Assembly: GCA_038087875.1 (NCBI GenBank)
Contig: JAXLNO010000030.1
Location: 62,001-91,689 of the forward strand
Length of the DNA: 29,689 nt
From: Malacoraja senta
Taxonomy: Eukaryota
Direction: 5' to 3'
Part shown: piece by piece, positions 12,617 to 23,160 of the stretch
How positions within the stretch are numbered: position 1 is the first letter of the stretch
Layout of the letters: every line of letters starts with the position of its first letter
Position numbers and translations under genes: made by a program
The notes under the pieces: model-generated
What the model was told of the DNA's origin: nothing
Database searches by the model: none
Seen by the model: only the letters and a program-made list of their open reading frames with translations

Positions 12617-12921
12617 TAAAAACATAGAAACATAGAAAATAGGTGCAGGAGTAGGGCATTCAGCCCTGCGAGCCAGCACCGCCATTCATTGCGAGCATGG
12701 CTGATCGTCCCCTATCAATAACCTGTGCCTGCCTTCTCCCCATATCCATTGACTCAACCAGCCCCGAGAGCTCTACCTAACTCTCTTTTAAATCCATCCA
12801 GTGATTTGACCTCCACTGCCCTCTGTGGCAGGAAATTCCATTAATTCACAACTCTCTGGGTGAAAATGTTTTTACTCACCTGTCTTAAATGGCCTCCCCT
12901 TTATTCTAAGGCTGTGGTCCC
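12617..12921 (-). mobile_element. Short 3' fragment of a CR1 LINE (diverged relative of 871-1180)
   Basis: AAACATAGAAACATAGAAAATAGGTGCAGGAGTAGG tail; minus-strand translation DHSLRIKGRPFKT matches GHSLRIRGKSFRT of the first CR1. Confidence 0.92.
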
Positions 12922-15900
12922 TGTAACAATGTGTAACAGTGTGTAACAATGTGTAACAGTGTGTAACAATGTGTAACAATGTGCAACAATATGTAACCAT
13001 GTGTAACAATGTGTAACAATGTGCAAAATGTATAACAATCTGCAACAATGTGCACCAATGTGCAACAATGTGTAACAATGTATAACAATGTGCAGCAATA
13101 TTTAACAATGTACAACAATGTGTAACAATGTGCTACAATTTGCAAAAATATGCAACAAATTGCAACGATGTGCAACAATGTGCAACAATGTGCAAAAATG
13201 TGCAAAAATGTGCAACAATGTGTAACAATGTTCAACAATGTACCACAATGTCTAACAATGTGTAGCAATGTGTAACAATGTACAACAATGTGTATCAATG
13301 TGCAACACTGTGTAACAATATGGTACAATGTTTAACAATGTGCAACAATATACTACAATGTGTAACAATATGTAACAATGTGTAATAATGTGCCACAATG
13401 TGCAACAATGTGCGCCAATGTGCGCCAATATGCAACAATGTGCAACAATGTGCGACAATGTGCAACATTGTGCAACAATGTTGCACAATGTGCTACAAAG
13501 TGCAAAAATGTGTAACAATGTACAACAATGTGCTTAAAAGTGCAACAATGTTCCACAATTTGGAACAATGTGCAACCATGTACAACAATGTGCCACAATT
13601 TGTAACAATCTGCAACAACGTGCAACATTATGCAACTATGCGTAAAAATGTGCAACAAAGTGCAACAATGTATAACAATCTGATACAATGTGTAACACTG
13701 TGTAACAATGTGCAACGTAATGTAACAATGTGTAACAACGTTTAATGGTGCGACAATGTGCAACAATGTGCAACAATGTGTACAATGTGTAACTATGTGC
13801 TACAATGTGTAACAATGTGCAGCAGTGTGTACCAATGTGTAATAAAGTGTAGCATTGTGCAACAATGTGTAACTTACTGATACAATGTGCAACAATGTGT
13901 ACCACTGTGTAACAATGTACAACAATGTGCAACAATTGTGTGTAGCAATGTGTAACAATGTACAACAATGCGCAACAATGTGCAACAATGTGTTACAATC
14001 TGATGCAACGTGTAACACTGTGTAACAATGTGTATCAATGTGCAAGAATGTAAAACAATGTGTAACAATGTGTTACAGTGTGCAACAATGTGCAACAATG
14101 TGCAACAATGTGCAACAATGTGTACCAATGCGTAGCAATATGTAACAGTGTGCAAGAATGTCCAACAATATCCAACAACGTGTAAAAATATGTAACAATG
14201 TGCAAGCATGTACAATAATGTGCAACAATATGTAACACTGGGTAGCAATATGTAGCAATATGTACCAATGTGCAAGAATGTAAAACAATGTGTAACAATG
14301 TGTAAAAATGTGTAGCAATGTGTAACTATGTGTAACAATGTGCAACAATGTGTAACAATGTGCGACAATGTGTAACAATGTGCATCAATGTGCGACAATG
14401 TGCAACAATGTGCATCAATGTACAACAATGTGTAGAAATGTGTAACAATGTGTAACAGTGTGTAACAATGTGTAACAATGTGCAACAATATGTAACAATG
14501 TTTAACAATGTATAACAATGTGCAGCAATATTTAACAATGTGCAACAATGTGTACCAATGTGCTACAATTTGCAAAAATGTGCAACAAATTGCAACGATG
14601 TGCAACAATGTGCAATGATGTGCAACAGTGTGCATTAATGTGCAAAAATGTGCAACAATGTGTAATAATATGCAACAATGTACCACAATGTCTAACAATG
14701 TGTAGCAATGTGTAACAATGTACAACAATGTGTAACAATGTGCAAAATATTTGTAACAATGTGTAACAAAGTGTAACAATACGCAACAGTATGTAACAAT
14801 GTGTAACAATTTAGTACTGTGCGTAAAAATGTGCAACAATGTGCAATAATGTATAACAATGTGCTACAATTTGTAACAACGTGTAACAAGGTGGAACAAT
14901 GTGTAACAGTGTGCGACAATGTGCAACAATGTACAACAATATGATACTATGTGTAAAAATGTATAACGGTGCAACAATTTGTATCAATGTGTAACAATGT
15001 GCAACAATGAGCAACAATATGCAACAATGTACAATAATGTGTAACCGTGTGCAGTAATGTGTAACAATGTAGAACATTTTGTAACAATGTGTAACAATGT
15101 GTAACGATGTGCGACAAAGTGCAACAATGTGTAGCAATGTGCAACAATGTGTAACAATGTGCTACAATGTGTAACAATGTATAACAATGTGTAACAGTGT
15201 GCAACAATGTACAAGAATGTACAACAATGTGCAACAATGTGTAACAATGTGTAATAATGTGCAAGAATGTGTAACAGTACATAACAATATGCAACAATGT
15301 GTAACAATGTGTACCAATGTGTAACAAGGTGCTATAATATGTAACAATATGCTCCAATGTGTAACAATGTGTAACAATGTACAACAATGTGCAACAATGT
15401 GTAACAATGTATAACAATGTTCAGCAATATTTAGCAATGTACAACAATGTGTAACAATGTGCTACAATTTTCAAAAATGTGCAACAAATTGCAATGATGT
15501 GCAACAATGTGCAATGATGTGCAACAGTGTGTAACAGTGTGCAACAATGTACAAAATGCGTATCAATGTGCAACAATGTGCAACAACGTGTAACAATGTG
15601 TAACAAAGCGTAACAATGCAACAATTTGTAGCAATGTGCAACAATGTGCAACAATGTGCAACAATGTGCATCAATGTGTAACAAAGCTCAACAATATTTA
15701 ACAATGTGTAACAATGTAGTACGGTCTGTAAAACTGTGCAACAATGTGCAATAATGTGTAACAATGTGCTACAAATTGTAAAAATGTGTAACAATTTGCA
15801 TAAAAGTGTAACAATGTGCGACTATATGCAACAACGTACAACAATGTGTTACAATGTGTAACAAAGCGTAACAATGTGCAACAATTGGTAGCAATGTGCA

Positions 15901-16598
15901 ACAATGTGCAACAATGTGCAACAATGTGCATCAATGTGTAACAAAGCTCAACAATATTTAACAATGTGTAACAATGTAGTACGGTCTGTAAAAATGTGCA
16001 ACAATGTGCAATAATGTGTAACAATGTGCTACAAATTGTAAAAATGTGTAACAATGTGCATAAAAGTGTAACAATGTGTGACTATATGCAACAACGTACA
16101 ACAATGTGTTACAATGTGTAACAGTGTGTAGTAATGTGTAACAATGTACAACATTGTGTAACAAGGTGTAACAAGGTGTAACAATGTGTAACAATGTGCA
16201 ACAAAGTGCAACAATGTGTAGCCATGTGCAACAATGTGCAACAAAGAGTAACAATGTGCTACAATGTAACAATGTATAACAATGTGTAACAGTGTGCAAC
16301 AATGTTCAACAATGTGCAAGAATGTGCAAGAATGTGCAACAATGTGTAACAATGTGTAACAATGTGCAAGAATATGTAACAGTTCGTAACAATGTGCAAC
16401 ATTGTGTAGCAATGTGTAACAATGTGTAACAAGGTCATACAATGTGTAACAAAATGCACCAATGTGTAACAATGTGTAACAATGTACAACAATGTGCAAA
16501 CATGTTTAACAATGTGTAACAATCTGCAACAATGTGTAACAATGTGTAGCAATGTGCTACAACATGTAACAATGTGCTACAATATGTAACAATGTGCA
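12922..16598. repeat. 10-bp satellite array, segment 4 (array ends at ~16598)
   Basis: ACAATGTGYA units; 260-bp tandem duplication marked by ACGGTCTGTAAAA at 15721 and 15981. Confidence 0.97.
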
Positions 16599-16746
16599 TC
16601 TGCAAGCCCACTGTAAAGTACCCGGGCTACGTTTGAACTTCCTTAGAGTTTATTGGCACATACTATATTACTTTATGTAATCAGTAGCTCTTACATTTTG
16701 CATTTAATTCTTTAAGTGAAAGGATGTAGATTAGTCTGTCTTTACT

Positions 16747-16765
16747 ATATATATATATATATATA
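16747..16765. repeat. (TA)n microsatellite
   Basis: Direct reading. Confidence 0.9.
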
Positions 16766-16867
16766 TCACCCACAGATTATGCATGCTGCGCATTCCTTAT
16801 GTAGTCCAATCCAGATCTTCATCCCTCTCTGACCATAAGCCTGCGTGTCACTCTCTCTCTCCACAGA

Positions 16868-17090
16868 GAGAGCACCATAGAGGCAACAGAGAAGGCCTCA
16901 GGTTGGCATTGGATCAGGCTTGAAGGTCCATGGGGAGGAGCGAATGCCACCTGAACACAAGTCATGGTCTGATCAACCACGGCTGGTTCGCCTGGGCAAG
17001 CGTGTCTGATGTTGAAAGACCCGAAACACCCAATGACCCCAGGTTACATCACTGATGATGTGTTCAGGAGCATCAATAGATGTATTTTTT
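16868..17090 (+). mobile_element. 3' fragment of a HERO-like (R2-group, restriction-like endonuclease) non-LTR retrotransposon
   Basis: 16871-16954 translates to STIEATEKASGWHWIRLEGPWGGANAT*, resembling the EAAEKASxWLW C-terminus recalled for HERO elements; followed by a self-complementary 3' UTR. Family assignment is from memory, not from a search. Confidence 0.65.
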
Positions 17091-17349
17091 ATCAATCTCT
17101 CTCTCATAGATTAGATGCACACCATTGGAGACAAAAGCACAATGTTTTTCCTCTGTAGAATTGCAATTAAAAGACTATGATTTTTGAACTCTATGTGTGA
17201 GTCTGATCATTTCAACATTTGCCACCCACCCATCAACACATTCCCAGACAAGCGAGAGATGCCATTTGCCACATCCACAACACTCTTTTGTTACCTTGTT
17301 CAATTCCAATCAAAATTAAGTAAAGAAGGATATTAATATTGTCTTCCAC

Positions 17350-18520
17350 AGGAGAGGGAAAGGGAGGGGAGGTGAGAGGAGCAAAGGAGAGTAGAGGAGT
17401 TTGAGAGGAAATGGGAGAAGTGGTGAGGAGAGGACGAGAGGAGAAGAGAGGAGAGGAGAGGAGAGGAGAGGAGAGGAGAGAGGAGAGGAGAGGAGAGGAG
17501 AGTAGAGGAGAGGAGAGGAGAGGAGAGGAGAGGAAAGGAGAGGGAGAGGAGAGAGAGGATGAGAGGAAAATAGAGGAGAATAATGAGAGGAGAGGAGAGG
17601 AGGGGAGAGGAGAGGAGAGGAGAGGAGATGGAGAGGAGAGGAGAGGAGAGGAAGAGGAGAGGAGAGGAGCAGTAGAGGAGAGGAGAGAGGAGATAGAAGG
17701 AGTGGGGTGAGGATGGGAGAGAGGCCAAATTCTGACCTCCACCATGTTGCAATTTCTTTGATGCTGATTTGAGGGGAGGAGAGAGAGAGGGGGGGGGGGG
17801 GGAGGGAGGAAGGGGGGGAGTAGGAGATGAGAGGGTGGGGAGGGATGGGAGAGGAGAGGGGCGGAGAAGAGGGGAGGTAATAATGAAGGGAGGAGGGGGA
17901 GAGGGGCGGAGAGGGGAGGAGAGGAGAGGGGAGGAGAGGAGGGGCGGAGGAGGAGAGGAGGAGAGGGAGAGGAGAGGAGAGGGAGAGAAGAGGGGAGGGA
18001 AGGAGAGAGTTGAGAGGAGGGGAGTGTGGAGAGGAGAGAAGAGGGGAGGGGAGGGGAGGAGAGGAGAGTGGAGGAGAGGGGAGGAGAGGAGATGAGGTGA
18101 GAGGAGAGGAGATGAGGGGAGTAGAAAGGAGGCGGAGAGATGAGAGGAGCGGAGGAAGTTGAGGGGAGTAGATTGAAGGGGGAGGGGAGAGGAGGTTATA
18201 GGAGGAGAGGAGAATAGGGGAGAGGAAAAAGGAGGGGGCGATGAGCGGAATAGATGAGGGGAGGAGGGGAGAGAACAATTTCTAACGTCCACCATATTAC
18301 AGTTATCTTTGGTGCTGGATTTGAGGGGAGGAGAGAGAGCGAGGGGAGGAAATGGAAGGAGAGGGGAGGGGAGTGGAGTGTAGAAGAGGGGAGGAGGAGA
18401 GGTTATGAGAGAAGAGGGGAGGGGAGGGGTGATCCCTACCCTCTCTCAGATTTCTCTCCCTCCCAGTACCCCCCCCCTCCATCCCCTCTCTCCCTCCCCA
18501 TACTCACTCCATCCCCCCCA
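17350..18520. repeat. Polypurine low-complexity tract, (GGAGA)n-rich, switching to C/T-rich at ~18433
   Basis: Near-pure G/A plus strand with GAGAG pentamer runs at 17440-17660. Confidence 0.93.
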
Positions 18521-18830
18521 CTCACTCCGCTAAACTAAACTCCGCAATGCCACCATAGACCAGTCCATAGAAGATCAAAGTTGCTGAGGTCGGTGTTGTT
18601 CATTGTTCAAGAACCTGCTTGTTGTTGGGAAGAAGCAGAGATGTCAAGAGTGAACAAAAGTCACCCTCACCTTCCATCACCCCATCCCCAGGATAATGTA
18701 GAGAGATATAGAACAAATGAATTAAAGATGTGTATAAATGTAACAATGATGAATGAAACAGGCCATTTTTATCTGTGGGCTTGGTGAAAATGAGTTACAG
18801 ACAATGGACTCAACAACATGACTTTGAAAC

Positions 18831-19179
18831 TTCTTCTTCTTGCGTATGGCATGCACAGCCTAAAGTTGTAGATCAAGGCAGACGTCCAAGCATCAGTTAC
18901 TGGGTGTATGGCTTTGATGGCCCCAGGGAAAAGCCTCAGTGGGCGGTCATTCACAATGTCTGCGATTGTCTGGTCTGGATGTCCGCAGTCGCAAGCAGGG
19001 CTCTCTGTCATCCCCCACTTATGCAGGTGATGGGCTGTTCTTGTACAGATGGAGCGGATTCTGTTCACGGTTAGCCATTGCTTGCGATTGTGGTCAAATC
19101 CTGGTGGTTTCACGGTGGGTCTCTGATGACCTCTCCGTTGTTGGTGTTGGCATCTTTCCAGGCTCTGCGCCACTCAGTC
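18831..19179 (-). mobile_element. Vingi/Ingi-like LINE, 3' portion with (GAA)n tail
   Basis: Minus-strand peptide PPGFDHNRKQWLTVNRIRS...LHKWGMTESPACDCGHPDQTIADIVND (degenerate CCHC) and tail CCATACGCAAGAAGAAGAAG. Confidence 0.8.
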
Positions 19180-19463
19180 CCCGGACGGGTCGTCGAAGGA
19201 CGAGAAGCCGAAGCCAAGAAGTGGAAGCCAAGATACTGACATACATCACGCCGAAAAGCCAAGATACCGAACGGACAAGATGCTGAACGGATACGAAGCC
19301 GAAAGAATACGAACCCGAACGGACACGACGCCGAAAAGGACAAGACGCAGAACGGACATGACGTTCAAAAGCCGCCGAAGGGACATGACTTCTCCGGGGA
19401 TGCGATTGGTCTGACACCTTGTCAGTCATTGACAAAGGTCAGCGATTGGTCCAGACCGCCGTA

Positions 19464-19774
19464 GCATCCATCACATCACTGGCCAGGGGGAGATGGGAGG
19501 GTGGGGGGCGGAGGAGCTTGAGCTTGCATTTGTAATATGGTGGCAGTGACTCCAAGCTGCTGCGATTGCCACAGAGGCTTTTTGAAGTAATGTCCGTTTG
19601 CATCAGATTGTTTTTTGGCTTAAGTTCTGACGGGGAACGAACATGACGTGAAAAAGCATCTGTGGGAATCGCAGCAGCTTAGAGTCACTGTTACTATTTT
19701 ACAAACGCAAGCTCAGGCTAACCCCCCCACCCTCCCATCTACCCCCCGCCCTCGGCCAGTGATGTGATGAATGC
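19464..19774. repeat. Large imperfect palindrome (arms ~145 bp, spacer ~20 bp) inside the MULE-like element
   Basis: GCATCCATCACATCACTGGCC.../...GGCCAGTGATGTGATGAATGC; AAGCTGCTGCGATT/AATCGCAGCAGCTT; TGAGCTTGC/GCAAGCTCA. Confidence 0.9.
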
Positions 19775-20285
19775 GGGTGTTTTATAATGAGACCAATACA
19801 CAGAAGTTAACAACTCCTAGTCATTTTTTTGAATACATGCGGAGGTAACATTACATTACATCATCTCCGTCGTCAGCATCTAAACTAACCGCAAGCTTGT
19901 GTGGAGCACTGGTGTCAGTGGTCTGGCTATACTGAAGATCCAGACTGGACTATATGTGGAATGTGTAGCATGCATAACATGTGTAGTGATAGATATAATA
20001 AAGGTAGGCTAATATAGTTAAAGGTCTGTCTCACCGTGCGAGTTGACCCATGAGTGACCCCGAGTGAAAGACTCGTGGTTGCGTACGAGACTACAAGTTT
20101 ATGATCCAGAGTTTAACCGAGTTCCCACGGGTATGTCTAAGTTTGCCGTTTACTTCTCATTTCTGCGATGTTCCAAGTTCGTCTCCCGAGTGTACCAAGT
20201 TCCTCTCCCGTTAATCTTGAGGCAACAATGTATATCGAAGTGTTGAAAAATCATCACACGTTAATGATTAGGGGTCCAGACATTA

Positions 20286-21120
20286 GGGGGCGCCGTCAAG
20301 TATGGCTGCCCTGCCAGCAGCTGTTAGTTTTTTCACTTTTTTTTTAATTTTTAGTTAGTTGAGAGTGTTTTGTTTGGAGATCTTTTAGTCTTTTTATGTG
20401 GGGGGGGGAAGGGGGAAGGGGGAAACTATTCTTCTCAGTCCCTACCTGGTCGGAGATGCGGCTTTTCTCCGAGCCGTATCTTCGCCCCTTCCTCGCGGCC
20501 TACGGGCAGACTGGAGCGGCATTTTCCTGCCGGGACCGGCCAGGACTTCAGCTTCGGCGGCGGCACAGCGCTGAAGCACCATCGCGGAGTGGGCGATGCC
20601 TAACCCGGGTCACCGTGCAGTAAGCTCCGGAGTGCTGTGACAGCCGGCACCAACATCGCGGAGCTGCGGTCTGCGGTCAGTGGAGCTTCCAGCGGCGCTG
20701 AGCTTGGAAAACCGCGGAGCCTGGGATCTGACAACGAGGTCGACAGAGTCGGAGCATCGACCAGCGCGGCTCGTGGACTTTGGGAGCCGCGGTCTACTGG
20801 GAGGAGGCGGCCGCTCCAGACACTCCGGGCCGCTGAGAGTGTTCACCCGACGCCGGAGCTTCATCATCCGGCGAGAGGGCCTGAGGCATCGGGCTGCCGT
20901 ATCGGCGACTGCAGAGGCCTCAATAGGCCCCGACTATGGGTGAACTGGGGATGGGACTGGACTTTGCTGCCTTCCCCCACAGGGGAACCATTGTGGGGGG
21001 ATGTTTTTATGTTGTTAAATTCTTTGTTGTAATCTTTATTTGTGTGCTGCATGGCAAGTCAAATTCCTATCAACTTGTTGACATGGCAATAAACTTCTTG
21101 AATCTTGAATCTTGAATCTT
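20286..21120 (+). mobile_element. GC-rich non-autonomous retro-like element, copy B (uninterrupted, ~835 bp)
   Basis: Starts GGGGGCGCCGTC; ends with hairpin TCAACTTGTTGA (21070-21081), AATAAA (21088-21093) and (CTTGAAT)n; homologous to copy A. Confidence 0.85.
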
Positions 21121-21435
21121 AAAATGATGTCATGCCAGCCAAAGAACGTAGAGACTATTGTGTTTGCTGCATGTGTTCTGCACAACCTGATCCGTATCAG
21201 AGGTGCAGCTTCAGGATCAGCGACAGCCATGCAGCACGGTGACTTAGTGGACAGTCAAACAGGGAGAATAACACTAGGTGCGTGGAGGAGTGGTACAAAC
21301 GACGAGACTTTGGTGCCACTGCAGTGTTTTCGAGGTAACACGGGGACCAACAGTGCAAAAGAGCAGAGAGACCATCTCTGCTCCCACTATAATTCAGAAT
21401 TGGGCAGTGTGCCGTGGCAGGACAGCTTATTTTGA
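21121..21435 (+). pseudogene. C-terminal remnant of Harbinger (DDE_Tnp_4/HARBI1-like) transposase
   Basis: IVFAACVLHNL and AKEQRDHL...GSVPWQ motifs typical of the Harbinger transposase C-terminus; lies between the Harbinger TIRs. Confidence 0.85.
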
Positions 21436-22925
21436 GCGGCTGCCGACCACAGGTACATCACTGCATGAGGAGAGCCCACATGCAGAAAAATCTAGTTAAT
21501 TTCATGTTTAGTTTAAATCCTGCTGACTTTTCATTGTTTAACCTTAAGTGTGGATTTTATTTTTTATTGTGGTGTGAAAGTAATTTCATTGCATCTGTCT
21601 TTCCTTTAAAACGTGGTTATCATGCATCTGCTTATCTGATTGTAGATCTCAAAACTTGTCATTTAGCGCATTGCATTGTATCTTTTATTGCCTGAATTTA
21701 GACTTGTGCATTTCTCAGCTGAATTAGTATATAGTGGAAATACTTTTATTTGTGCTTCATTTGTTGATTTTCATGTATGAGAAGCCCTTTTTCAGACCAC
21801 TGCGTTGTTTGCTGTGGTGCTTCACCGTGATATGGGTTTGCAGGAAATTACGCATATTTCTCAATATGCGCAAAAAAGCGTTTTTTATATTGAACAAGAA
21901 TAAAGACTTTGTTTCACATTCAAGACATTTGTTTCACATAAGACTTTGTCTTATTTTCTGATCTACTGAGGTGACAATTTTAAACATTTAAAAAGCACAG
22001 CATATGAGGCAGCTGTCCTTAAATCTCACAAATAATTGTGAGAATCAAGATGTGAATATATTTTGCCTTCCTCTATTTTGTGTTTTATGATGAAAGGAAT
22101 ATTACATTCAAGTCATGAGACTTTGTAGTGATATTAAAATGAAGACTTCCAGACATCAATTTGATCTTGATAGCAAAGAACTCTCTTTTATTGTGCAATG
22201 AAGTAAACAAACAGTGAGAATCAAACGGATCAGCAAAAACCTTTTCAACACAACACAACACAACACAAATTTATATATAAACTTCAAGCAATTTTTTCTT
22301 TTCAACCCACTCTGTCACCTTATCAATAACTTGCTTAACTTTGTTAAGCAGAATTTGTCTTTAAAAAGTCTAAGTAACTGATATTTCTGTCCCTGATTAT
22401 TGTTTCTAAAAAGAGTTCCCACGGTAGAATCACGAGTCACAAAGTTAAACGCACGGGCCACTACGTTCTTACAACGAGTTTAAAATGTTTCAAATTTTAA
22501 CCACAAGAGTACATTTTACTCGTGGAAAAGTACAAACATGTTTGAACTTTTGCAAGAGTTAACAAGTTTCACGGGTACCTCCCGTTAGCGCCAAGAGTCG
22601 CTAAGTTGCGTCCACGAGTTCCGACGTTCCCGCTACGTTAATTGTACATGATTACCATGAGTTAAATTTGTTTTAAACTCGGGATCACTCCTGGGTCAAC
22701 TTGCACAGTGAGACAGCCCTTTTAATCTACAGCGGGTGTCTGGACCAATCACTGACAAGGTCTCGGACAAATCCCGTCCCCGTAAACGTCATGTCCGTTC
22801 GGCGGCTTTTCGACTCCGTGCCCATTTGGCTTTGTATCCTTTCAGCGTTGTGTTCATTTGGTATCTTGGCTTCCACTTCATGGCTTCGGCTTCTCATCCT
22901 TCGACATCCCGTCCGCACACGGCGA

Positions 22926-23160
22926 CACTCAGTCTTGGAATGCAAAGTCTTCCAGGGATTTAACGGAAGACCAGAATGGTTTGCGGGACTTCAGGCGCAT
23001 GTTGGACAGATTGTTCAAGTCAGCATGGATGGGAAGGTCAGGGTAAGCCTCGATGGTGCACCGATCTTTCAACATCTTCTCCCTTCTGTCTATGCTGGGA
23101 GGGGCGATATGAGAGAGGACAGGGAGCCACTGCAAAGGTCTTGACTTAGTCCTTGTACCA
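22926..23160 (-). mobile_element. Vingi/Ingi-like LINE, upstream portion (5'-truncated)
   Basis: Peptide PLQWLPVLSHIAPPSIDRR...LPIHADL...RLKSRKPFW; joins TEWRRAWKDAN at 19179 once the insertion and one TSD copy are removed. Confidence 0.8.

Larger units (their letters stand above)
20021..22721 (+). mobile_element. PIF/Harbinger DNA transposon deletion derivative
   Basis: TIRs AAGGTCTGTCTCACCGTGCGAGTTGACCCATGAGTGACCCCGAGT and ACTCGGGATCACTCCTGGGTCAACTTGCACAGTGAGACAGCCCTT; TTA TSD at 20018-20020 and 22722-22724; subterminal CACGAGT/CACGGGTA motifs; internal transposase remnant. Confidence 0.9.
19180..22925. mobile_element. Non-autonomous MULE/foldback-like DNA transposon with long repetitive TIRs and 9-bp TSD
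   Basis: CACTCAGTC direct repeat at 19171-19179 and 22926-22934; 19182-19460 is an imperfect inverted repeat of 22728-22915, both built from ~15-bp GCCGAANGGACAYGA-like units; the host LINE reading frame continues across the insertion. Confidence 0.85.

Noticed and set aside
12610..12928. TGTAACA as TSD of the short CR1
   Set aside because: It is a common satellite unit sequence, so the match is uninformative.
145..16552. Dozens of Cys/His-rich ORFs (LLHIVAHCCT repeats) resembling metal-binding or zinc-finger proteins
   Set aside because: They are overlapping translations of the 10-bp satellite in all frames, with no C2H2 spacing, splice structure or unique sequence.
16770..16840. Minus-strand peptide AYGQRGMKIWIGLHKEC resembling a C-type lectin WIGL motif
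   Set aside because: Very short, weak splice signals and no neighbouring exons; likely chance.
17001..17065. Hammerhead ribozyme or SECIS suggested by CTGATG...GAAAC and ATGA motifs
   Set aside because: The first core reads CTGATGT rather than CTGANGA and stems II/III with a cleavage triplet cannot be built; SECIS geometry is not met. Kept only as a structured retroelement UTR.
17233..18538. Ser/Pro/Leu-rich and Arg/Gly/Glu-rich ORFs
   Set aside because: Products of the polypurine low-complexity tract.
19180..19460. CRISPR-like repeat/spacer appearance (also 24310-24667 and the right satellite)
   Set aside because: Units are contiguous or have very short recurring spacers, there are no cas genes, and the context is eukaryotic.
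21436..22300. Second (Myb/SANT-like) Harbinger gene
   Set aside because: AT-rich with no recognisable motif in the short ORFs; cannot be supported.
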